Shown one piece after another: positions 7,908-15,042 of a stretch of 44,600 nucleotides of DNA. The stretch's first letter is position 1. The number at the start of each line of letters is the position of its first letter. The stretch comes from an uncultured Victivallales bacterium (GTDB lineage: Bacteria > Verrucomicrobiota > Lentisphaeria > Victivallales > UBA1829). The DNA lies in contig CAYWZD010000003.1 of NCBI GenBank assembly GCA_964462755.1, forward strand, positions 1 to 44,600, in the 5' to 3' direction. Position numbers and translations under genes: made by a program. The notes beneath the pieces were generated by a model. That model was not told the DNA's origin. It searched no databases and saw nothing but the letters and a program-made list of their open reading frames with translations.

Positions 7908-9770
7908 TCAGCGCTCCTTTCCGCCGGAGCGTTGAACAGAATCCGGCGACAATGCTTTTTGAAGGGTCAGGATATGGCGGATCATCTCCAGACGGAACAC
8001 GTCGAGATTGGCCGTTTCCATCGGGGTCAGCGCCAGAAAACGGAGCGCCTTCTTCCCGGCATAATAAAGATCCGTATTCTTCGGATCGGCCGCGGCTTTC
8101 CGGGCAAGCTGCTGGAGAAGCGTCGCATAACGGATGTCGTCGATGGCCGCACGGAATCCCTCATATTGGAGGGTGTCGATCAAACCGTCCGCGGAGGGAT
8201 AGACGACGGCAAAGGCGCGGAATCCGGTTTTTCCGGTGTTCTCACACCAGATATTGGGCCCGCTTCCTTCGAGGAAGTGATAGTTGCATGTGCCGTCGTA
8301 GTCCGCCTGATACAGATCCATGCCGTGAGACCGGCGCATATAGTCCGGATTTTCGGGACCCGTATGCGGGTTGGCGTAATTCGTAATGCGGTTTCCCATC
8401 ATGTGCCACTTCCGGGCGCTGTCCCTGGAAAGGGTTCCCGCATAGTTGGCAAAATCCTCGTTGTAACCGCCGTATTGAAGATGGCGGTCCTTGGCTGTGG
8501 AAAGAATCTTCATGCCGCGCTCATGCGCCACTTTCCACAGGGGACGCTGTCCCTGAAGGAACTTCATGGAAGGCTCGTCCCATCCAACCGGATAAACCAG
8601 AATGTCTTTGCCCATCACTTCGCGGATCAGGGCCAGTTGAGCATCCATGTCCCGATAGAATTTCTCATCGTATCCGGGCGGACGCTTTTCCGGCGGCTGG
8701 GCGATCAGATACCAGGAAATCAGATTGATTCCTCCCAGCAGGACATCGTGCGGAAATCCGCATTTCTTCATCAGAAGCAGATTTTCGCGGTAGAGACGAT
8801 TCGCCGTTTCCTTCGGAAGTTTGTTCCGTGGATTGGGAGTATCCACGAGCGGATAGGCGAGATTGTGTTCCAGCATGTTTCGATACATGATTTCGCGGCG
8901 TTTCAGGACCAGATCGAAATTGCCGTCCGCCATGCGGAGCTCCTCCACGATCGGCGGCATATACATGGAAACATAGAATTTCTTGTCGGGATCGTATTGG
9001 GTGCCCGGCTCCGGCAGAAAAAACGGCAATACACGAACAGCCAGGGAAAGAGTCTCCAGCGTCTTGCCCCCGGCCTTCAGGGTCAGCGTCCCGGAATAAC
9101 GACCGGGCACGGTGTCCTTCGGAAGGCGGACCGTCAGGAAAAAGCGCTTACGGACACCGGGCTCCAGAGAAAACACGGTCAGCCGGGAAGCATCCCGAAC
9201 CGGAGCCAGCACATAATTGAAGCGGCCGTATTCGAGTTCTTCCGGATAACTGACCCAGAGATATCTGTCGCCGACCCGGAGAAAGTTGTCCTTCTTCACC
9301 GTGTCCGTTTTCAGCAGGGCTTCATCATGGAGAAGAAGCTCCGGGACCAGTTCCTTTCCGAGCGGGTCGGCGAAGTAGGAACTCCAGGCGGTCCCGGCCT
9401 GATACCAGTAATGAACGATGCGGAGATCAATCGCGAACGCCGGGATGGTGTTTTTGCCGTCGGAAAGAGGGGAGACTTCGAAGACCGCCTGTTTTTCCAT
9501 CTTTACCGGGAACAGCAGAAAGGCGGCGCTGCCGATCTCATTTCGGGCGGTCAGAATGGACAGCGTCTTTCCGGTGCGTCCGTCACGGAGGGGTTCTCCG
9601 GGCAGATGGCGGTAAGGAGAAAACGCCGGGATTTCGACGCTGAAAACGGCGCCGCAGGGGGCATCCGCGCCGGAAACGCCTTTCAACTCGGGGTAAAGCG
9701 AAAGCGGGTTTTTTTCCGACGCCGCCAGCCAGAAAGGTACAAAGAGAAGGAATGAGAGAATGTATTTCAT
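7908..9770 (-). CDS. Secreted putative glycoside hydrolase (DUF4091/GH123-like; family assignment tentative)
   Basis: Start moved to MKYILSFLLFVPFWLAASE (signal peptide, RBS AGGAGA). Motifs VGWDEPS and IDDIRYATLL recalled from DUF4091-type proteins. Confidence 0.75.
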   Translation of the reverse strand: MKYILSFLLFVPFWLAASEKNPLSLYPELKGVSGADAPCGAVFSVEIPAFSPYRHLPGEPLRDGRTGKTLSILTARNEIGSAAFLLFPVKMEKQAVFEVSPLSDGKNTIPAFAIDLRIVHYWYQAGTAWSSYFADPLGKELVPELLLHDEALLKTDTVKKDNFLRVGDRYLWVSYPEELEYGRFNYVLAPVRDASRLTVFSLEPGVRKRFFLTVRLPKDTVPGRYSGTLTLKAGGKTLETLSLAVRVLPFFLPEPGTQYDPDKKFYVSMYMPPIVEELRMADGNFDLVLKRREIMYRNMLEHNLAYPLVDTPNPRNKLPKETANRLYRENLLLMKKCGFPHDVLLGGINLISWYLIAQPPEKRPPGYDEKFYRDMDAQLALIREVMGKDILVYPVGWDEPSMKFLQGQRPLWKVAHERGMKILSTAKDRHLQYGGYNEDFANYAGTLSRDSARKWHMMGNRITNYANPHTGPENPDYMRRSHGMDLYQADYDGTCNYHFLEGSGPNIWCENTGKTGFRAFAVVYPSADGLIDTLQYEGFRAAIDDIRYATLLQQLARKAAADPKNTDLYYAGKKALRFLALTPMETANLDVFRLEMIRHILTLQKALSPDSVQRSGGKER

Positions 9771-9786
9771 GATGTCTCCTGACAAA

Positions 9787-10512
9787 TTATTCGTATAAAG
9801 CGTTTCCATACTGCTGATTGGCAATATTGGTCAACCCCTGACTCAACGAAGGGTTGGCCTTTCTGGCCTCGATATGTCCGTCCGTGAAAAGGGCCTCGAC
9901 GGAAGTGTCGTGCCGGAAATCAAGATATCCGGCGCTGTATGCGGTATGGGAAAGACGTTCGAAAACATTGCTGCCCTTGCCGTCGGCCATCTGAAGGGTG
10001 CTGGAAGGTTTTTTGATGGAAACAGGACGGAGGGCGGGCAGCAGAGTGCCGGTCGTCATGTTGGTCGTGCCGTTGGAATTGATCTGCGGATGGACGGACT
10101 TGTTGATGTTGTAAAAGCTCCAGCCGAGCCAGCCGGTTTCGGTGAAGTCGCTCCGCCCCCCGCAGCGGTAGACATTGCCGCTTCTGGGAAACTCGAACGG
10201 GGTGCGAACCTTTCCGAAAATATATGGCGAAAGAAAATTGAAGTAATAGGTCGTACCTCCCTGATAGGACATCGACGGACAATAGTATTCCTTGTTGTCG
10301 GCGCAATAGTATGTGGATGCCAGCGACCACTGTTTCAGGTTGCCGGCACAGGAGGAGCGGTAGGCCATCTGGCGTGCCCGGTTCAGTGCCGGGAGAAGCA
10401 TTCCCGCCAGAATTGCAATGATCGCTATCACAACCAGCAATTCTATTAATGTAAATTCCCGCACCCCAATCCCGCATGGATTCAACCTCCGGAAAGTTCT
10501 GTTCATCCTCAT
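9787..10512 (-). CDS. Prepilin-type N-terminal helix protein, H-X9-DG family
   Basis: [49 protein letters not shown]-terminal [21 protein letters not shown] before ATG 10512 is preferred over the ORF-track start 10635. Confidence 0.9.
   Translation of the reverse strand: MRMNRTFRRLNPCGIGVREFTLIELLVVIAIIAILAGMLLPALNRARQMAYRSSCAGNLKQWSLASTYYCADNKEYYCPSMSYQGGTTYYFNFLSPYIFGKVRTPFEFPRSGNVYRCGGRSDFTETGWLGWSFYNINKSVHPQINSNGTTNMTTGTLLPALRPVSIKKPSSTLQMADGKGSNVFERLSHTAYSAGYLDFRHDTSVEALFTDGHIEARKANPSLSQGLTNIANQQYGNALYE
10372..10455 (-). repeat. Dispersed prepilin-helix repeat (copy 2 of 4)
   Basis: Encodes [28 protein letters not shown]. The nucleotide sequence is alignable to the other three copies. 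Confidence 0.75.
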
Positions 10513-10644
10513 TGGAATCAGCCCTCCATTATTTTGCAGCTTCTGTTTGATTGGACATTCCGTTTCCCTTCCGGGTTCCCGGTGAAACCGCAGGGGAAAT
10601 CTCTGTTTTCTGAAATAATTATAATCGGATTTCAAAAGGAAACC

Positions 10645-10673
10645 TTGAAAAATTCACCTATTTATCTTAAATT
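10645..10673 (+). promoter_or_regulatory. Candidate sigma70-type promoter for the PocR-AraC gene
   Basis: TTGAAA, 17-nt spacer, TAAATT, about 30 nt upstream of the RBS AAGGGGG. Confidence 0.45.
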
Positions 10674-10705
10674 TTAAGACATATCTGTAAAACAAGGGGG
10701 TTCCC

Positions 10706-11533
10706 ATGATTCTTTCGGAATTGATTCTGATGGTGGAGGAGCTTTGCAGCGTGTCCGTGTCCATGCAGATCATGGATGAACGGCTCTCCGAATGCCGGAA
10801 TCTCCAGCTCACCCAGGACCAGCAGCTTCACCACAGCGAGATCTGCCGAAGCAACAAGATGTCCGAGTTCACGACCTGCCTGCGGAACAAGGGAAGAAGC
10901 TGTACGATTGCGCTGCGCGGACGCGCCTTCAGCGGGAAATGCCCGAAAGGGGTATGGGATCTGGCGATTCCGGTTCAACTGAACGGAAAAACGGTCGCAA
11001 TCGTCTATCTGGGCGGAGTGCTGGTTCCCCCGGATGAGGCCAAACGGAAAAAGCTGTATTCCTACGGTCGTTTCATCGCCCGGTTCATCGTGCTCGAACT
11101 TCTCCGGCAGGCGAAGCTCACCGGAGAACACCGGAAGCGCCGGAACGAACAATTCTACATCGACAACTGCTTCCGTTTTCTGGAGGAGCATTTCAGCTCG
11201 TCCGTATCCCTCGGAGATATGGCGGAAACGCTCAACGTCAACCCGAATTATCTGGGAAAACTGCTCAAGAAACATTTCAGGAAAAGTTTTCACGAACTGC
11301 TTTGCGAACGGCGCATGAAACAGAGCGAAGTGCTGCTGACGCTCCATCACGCATTGAATATCACGGAGATTGCGGGCTTGTGCGGATTCAGCGACAGCAA
11401 TTATTTCTCCACCGTCTTCCGGCATCATTTCGGGATGTCGCCGCGGGGATATCGCGCACGGCATCAGGCAAAACAGCCCGACCGGAAGAAAAATTCTCCG
11501 GCCGGGCCGAAAAAACAATCGGTAAGAATGTAA
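10706..11533 (+). CDS. PocR-sensor-domain AraC-family transcriptional regulator
   Basis: Cys-rich PocR-like N-terminal half (FSGKCPKGVWDLAIPVQLNGKTVAIVYLGG). C-terminal AraC HTH ITEIAGLCGFSDSNYFSTVFRHHFGMSPRGYR. The antisense ORF 10667-11518 is a shadow. Confidence 0.85.
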   Translation: MILSELILMVEELCSVSVSMQIMDERLSECRNLQLTQDQQLHHSEICRSNKMSEFTTCLRNKGRSCTIALRGRAFSGKCPKGVWDLAIPVQLNGKTVAIVYLGGVLVPPDEAKRKKLYSYGRFIARFIVLELLRQAKLTGEHRKRRNEQFYIDNCFRFLEEHFSSSVSLGDMAETLNVNPNYLGKLLKKHFRKSFHELLCERRMKQSEVLLTLHHALNITEIAGLCGFSDSNYFSTVFRHHFGMSPRGYRARHQAKQPDRKKNSPAGPKKQSVRM

Positions 11534-11540
11534 GAGGAAC

Positions 11541-12599
11541 TCAGACCGTCACTTCGCTGTTGGTCTCGCTGGACTTGTAAATTGCATCCAGCAGACGCAT
11601 CACGGTGATGCCTTCCTCGCCGGTGGCGGCGACTTTTCCCTTGCCCTGGACGGCATCGGCGAACTTCTGCATTTCAAGGGCGAAACGGTCGGCCTCGGTC
11701 TGGTAAGAGAGCTTCACATCGGCAATCCGGTTGTCGACTTCGGTCAGGATCTTGGTCTCTCCTTTTCCGACTTTCACCCCGCCTTTGGTGCCGAGGAATT
11801 CGACATATGAATCCTCCTCCGAATTACAGGCCCATGCAACCTCGAAATTCATGGTCGCCTTCTCGCCGAAGCGGATGAAGCCGCAGGCGAAATCATCCAC
11901 GTCGAAGACACCTTCGTATTTCGGCGGTCCGGCCCACATGGAAACATAGTGGTAATCCCGCATCGGCGCACCGAATTTGGAATAAGTCTTGGCGCTGACT
12001 TTCGTGGGATTCCAGAGTCCCGAGGTCCACATGGCAAGGTCGAAGAAATGGACGGCGATGTCGATCAGGCCGCCTCCGCCCGATTTTGCCTTGGTAGTGA
12101 ACCAGCCGCCGAGTCCGGGAATGCCGCGGCGGCGGATCAGCTTGACATGGATGTGATAGATGTCGCCGAGGCGTCCGGCCTCGATGCTTTCCTTGACAAC
12201 CACCGCTTCCGGCGTCTGACGCCAGACCATGCCCATCTGGAGCAGTTTCCCGGAACTGTCACGCGCCGCGAGAATCTTGCGTCCCATTCCGGCGTTCAGC
12301 GTCATGGGCTTTTCAAGCATTACGTGCTTGCCCGCCTTGAAAGCGGCAATCGCGATGGGCGCGTGCATGTCGTTCGGGGTGCAGACGCTGACAGCCTCAA
12401 TGGCGGGGTCTGCCAGAAGTTTCTTGTAGTCCGCATAGGTTTTGGCAATCTGATGACGTTTTGCCTTCTCCGCAAGACGGTCCGGCAGGATGTCACACAG
12501 TGCGACTACTTCAGCATTTTCCACTTTCGCGTACGCATCCGCGTGCACGGAACCGATCGTTCCGCACCCGATGATGCCGATCTTCACCTTTTTCCCCAT
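11541..12599 (-). CDS. Gfo/Idh/MocA-family NAD(P)-dependent oxidoreductase
   Basis: MGKKVKIGIIGCGTIGSVHA Rossmann start, plus the MLEKPMT motif. RBS GAAGGAG before ATG 12599. The ORF-track 5' extension to 12725 reads through the leader palindrome. Confidence 0.9.
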   Translation of the reverse strand: MGKKVKIGIIGCGTIGSVHADAYAKVENAEVVALCDILPDRLAEKAKRHQIAKTYADYKKLLADPAIEAVSVCTPNDMHAPIAIAAFKAGKHVMLEKPMTLNAGMGRKILAARDSSGKLLQMGMVWRQTPEAVVVKESIEAGRLGDIYHIHVKLIRRRGIPGLGGWFTTKAKSGGGGLIDIAVHFFDLAMWTSGLWNPTKVSAKTYSKFGAPMRDYHYVSMWAGPPKYEGVFDVDDFACGFIRFGEKATMNFEVAWACNSEEDSYVEFLGTKGGVKVGKGETKILTEVDNRIADVKLSYQTEADRFALEMQKFADAVQGKGKVAATGEEGITVMRLLDAIYKSSETNSEVTV

Positions 12600-12659
12600 G
12601 ATTTCTCCTTCAAAAACAGTTGAGGGGTTCTCCTTCCAGCCCGGATATACGCTCCATCC

Positions 12660-12679
12660 CGCGGCGGACGTCCGCCGCG
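12660..12679. promoter_or_regulatory. Perfect 20-bp GC-rich palindrome in the oxidoreductase leader
   Basis: CGCGGCGGACGTCCGCCGCG, located 61-80 nt upstream of ATG 12599. Confidence 0.5.
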
Positions 12680-12733
12680 TACAGGTCTTCCCGCAATCCG
12701 AACCGCAAGGGAAAATAGAAAACAACGAAAGAT

Positions 12734-12761
12734 AATATATTTCATTTCATCGACGATTCAA
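12734..12761 (-). promoter_or_regulatory. Candidate sigma70-type promoter for the oxidoreductase gene
   Basis: Minus strand: TTGAAT, 16-nt spacer, TATATT. Confidence 0.4.
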
Positions 12762-13025
12762 ATGTCTTTGCGCTGTATTTGTCAATGAATTCAGGGATTG
12801 CCCGGAAAAATTTTTCGTGCCGCGGAGGCTGGTCGTGCAAAGCACGAAATCCCGCCCGGAGCGGTTCCCCCGCGCAAAGGCAAAGAGCATGAGGGCTCCC
12901 TCGCCTTAAACTCCCCGGCAGGTGAGAGTCGCCTGCACCTAGGCAAACAAGTCTGCCGTCTTTGAAAATTTCGACTGATGCCATACAATTTTCCCCTGAT
13001 AAATCAAAGTTTTTTGAAATCCGGC

Positions 13026-13053
13026 TTGACAATCCACTTCCAAAGCCTATATT
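13026..13053 (+). promoter_or_regulatory. Sigma70-type promoter for the GntR-PBP regulator gene
   Basis: TTGACA, 16-nt spacer, TATATT. Its position makes the ORF-track GTG start at 13056 implausible. Confidence 0.55.
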
Positions 13054-13097
13054 AGGTGGTAACTAAAAAACATACCACTAAGAAAGAGTTTGCCGCC

Positions 13098-14156
13098 GTG
13101 AACCTGCCGAAATACGAAAAAGTAAGACAATATGTGGTCGACATGATGTCCCGGCATCTGGATTCGGAAGAACCGATCATGTCCGAGCGGGAAATGTGCC
13201 GGACCTTCGGCGTCACCCGCACAACGGTCCGCAAAGCGATAAAAGTTCTGGTTCAGGAACAGGTGCTCATCCCGAAGCGGGGCCGCGGCCTTTTTGTAAA
13301 TGTGGCACCTTACAAAAACACTCTTTCCCGCCTGAAAAACACGCACAGGATTCTTCTGCTGACAAGCCGAGGACATGCTTCTTTTTACGATTCATGGTAT
13401 TTGAATACCATTGCGAGGTTATGCGGTGAAGTGGCGCGGGGAACCTCCCAGATGAACATCTGTTTTCTGACCGGGGAACCCGGAACCGAGCTGGAGGAAA
13501 TTCAAATGTATCATCCGGACGCCGTGCTCTGGCTGCGTCCGGACGAACCCCGTCTCAGGATCATTGAAGAACTGCGGAAAAGTATTCCTGTCTGCAACAT
13601 TCTGGATGTCATCCGCAAGGATTCATTCGCTGTAACGGTCGACTATAAAAAAGCCGGAAAAACAGCGGCCGAATGGTTCATACGCCGCGGCCGGAAAAAA
13701 GTCGCCTTCTTTGGAAAGAGCGGACTGGATTACCCTTCCGAAGTTCTGGATGACTTCTTCTTCGGCTGGAGAAACGCCTGGCGGGAAACGTTCGGATCGT
13801 TCGATGAAAATACCGCGATTTGCAGAAATGCGGATTTTAAAACGTTTCTCAACTCGAAACATGCCGAGGGCACGGATGGCATTTTCTGTTATTCGAATGT
13901 TTTTATAGGCCTCACCGAAGATATGGCCCGAACACGCATTCTCCAGTGTCCAATCATGGTGGACAGCGACTTCTACAAAATTCCATCCGGCGTAAAAATC
14001 AGACCGGAAGCGGAGATCGTGCTTTATCCGGACAGCGTGTTCCAAACGGCGGTCGACAATTTGATGGCCTCGCTCGAAAACCCGGACTATGTGCAATCGG
14101 AAACCGTGATCGAATCTTCGGTGAAAATACTGAAAACAGATGAAAACAGAAAATGA
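13098..14156 (+). CDS. GntR-type winged-HTH fused to a LacI/PBP1-like sugar-binding domain (AraR-like architecture)
   Basis: LPKYEKVRQYVVDMM...MSEREMCRTFGVTRTTVRKAIKVLVQEQVLIPKRGRGLFV, then ~270 aa of periplasmic-binding-protein-like fold. Start assigned to GTG 13098 (GAAAGAG 8 nt upstream); the exact start is uncertain. Confidence 0.8.
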   Translation: MNLPKYEKVRQYVVDMMSRHLDSEEPIMSEREMCRTFGVTRTTVRKAIKVLVQEQVLIPKRGRGLFVNVAPYKNTLSRLKNTHRILLLTSRGHASFYDSWYLNTIARLCGEVARGTSQMNICFLTGEPGTELEEIQMYHPDAVLWLRPDEPRLRIIEELRKSIPVCNILDVIRKDSFAVTVDYKKAGKTAAEWFIRRGRKKVAFFGKSGLDYPSEVLDDFFFGWRNAWRETFGSFDENTAICRNADFKTFLNSKHAEGTDGIFCYSNVFIGLTEDMARTRILQCPIMVDSDFYKIPSGVKIRPEAEIVLYPDSVFQTAVDNLMASLENPDYVQSETVIESSVKILKTDENRK

Positions 14157-14172
14157 CAATGAACCGGTTCGT

Positions 14173-14201
14173 TTCGATTCATTCTTATTCGAAAATAAAC
14201 T
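14173..14201 (+). promoter_or_regulatory. Weak candidate promoter for the pseudopilin/CBM-GH operon
   Basis: TTCGAT, 17-nt spacer, TAAACT. It is preceded by the 10-bp palindrome GAACCGGTTC (14161-14170). Confidence 0.3.
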
Positions 14202-14222
14202 GATTGAGAAAGGAGATATCCC

Positions 14223-15023
14223 ATGAAACGCCTCACAGCCATTCTCCGGAACCGAATCGCAAAGGGCGCGGTCTCACGGACCAGAACTCCCCGAAAATTC
14301 ACATTGATCGAACTCCTTGTCGTGATCGCCATCATCGCGATTCTGGCCGGAATGCTGCTGCCGGTGCTGAGCCGTGCGCGGGAAACGGCCCGTGGCGCGG
14401 CGTGCAAAAACAACCTGCGGCAGCTGGGGCAACTCTGGGATAATTATGCTCTGGACAACAACGAGTATGTGATTCCTTTCCTGCCGTATTCAAGCAAGGT
14501 CAGGACAGACGGCAACCCCTGCTGGTGGTTCGAATTCATGATTATGGAAGACATCATTCCCGGAGCGTCCAAGGGAGGCAAGACTCTTGTTGCGACGGGC
14601 GCCCGACAGATTCTCACCTGCCTTTCCGATGACAGCGAAACCGGCGGGCCGTATCAATTTTTCAGCTCTTTCAAATGTCCCTTGAGTTATGCTTATCTCT
14701 ATGCGACAAGACCCGGTTTCACGAGCGCATCCGGGGATTACCTTCTCAAGCTGTCGCAGATTCGGAACAATGCAAGCAGAGTCCCGCTCTTTGCGGATTG
14801 CTGGAAATGGTGGAAAAATCATCCGGACGCAACCAGTAAAACAACCTATTTCCCAAGACTCACGCCCACATACCGCAATCTGGGATTGAACCGGGCGCAT
14901 ACGAGAGGCATGAACATGGTATTCATCGCAGGAAATGTCGGGGAAGAAGCGGAAGTCATTTGCCGTCAGGCTTCCGCTCAATATGATCTCTGGAATGATG
15001 GAACGACTCTGACCTATAGATAA
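14223..15023 (+). CDS. Prepilin-type N-terminal helix protein, variant H-X9-AG motif
   Basis: 25-aa basic leader, then [30 protein letters not shown]-terminal [12 protein letters not shown] (Ala replaces the family Asp). RBS AAGGAG. Confidence 0.9.
   Translation: MKRLTAILRNRIAKGAVSRTRTPRKFTLIELLVVIAIIAILAGMLLPVLSRARETARGAACKNNLRQLGQLWDNYALDNNEYVIPFLPYSSKVRTDGNPCWWFEFMIMEDIIPGASKGGKTLVATGARQILTCLSDDSETGGPYQFFSSFKCPLSYAYLYATRPGFTSASGDYLLKLSQIRNNASRVPLFADCWKWWKNHPDATSKTTYFPRLTPTYRNLGLNRAHTRGMNMVFIAGNVGEEAEVICRQASAQYDLWNDGTTLTYR
14298..14381 (+). repeat. Dispersed prepilin-helix repeat (copy 3 of 4)
   Basis: Encodes [28 protein letters not shown]. Confidence 0.75.
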
Positions 15024-15042
15024 GGAATAAGGAAAAATACAA

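Noticed and set aside
6816-9755. 979-aa ORF on the plus strand (and similarly 4607-6628, 673 aa)
   Set aside because: These are antisense to three tightly coupled minus-strand genes that have signal peptides, Shine-Dalgarno sites and domain motifs. The plus-strand translations are Arg/Gly/Pro-rich and span real gene boundaries.
11541-12725. ORF-track 5' extensions (11541-12725, 3394, 9824, 10635, 13056, 22756, 30937, 31860, 32699, 34850, 37446, 40484, 40865)
   Set aside because: In each case an internal ATG or GTG is preceded by a good Shine-Dalgarno sequence and begins a sensible N-terminus (Rossmann fold, signal peptide, prepilin leader or HAD motif I). The extension would read through promoters, palindromes or the upstream gene.
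12815-12960. Attempt to name the GC-rich island as a known riboswitch, SRP RNA or RNase P RNA
   Set aside because: I found only short resemblances: ACCUGCCGG on the minus strand resembles the end of a B12 box, and GAAAUCCCGCC resembles FMN or cobalamin cores. The remaining conserved cores (GCCACUG, GGAAGCAGC, GGAAAGUCCGGGC) are absent, and the gene context does not fit. The island is left as an unnamed candidate.
12742-13032. 96-aa minus-strand ORF in the divergent intergenic region
   Set aside because: It starts at a TTG that lies inside the plus-strand -35 box and has no RBS. It runs straight through the hairpin-dense GC island, and its product has odd composition. The region is more likely regulatory or RNA-coding.
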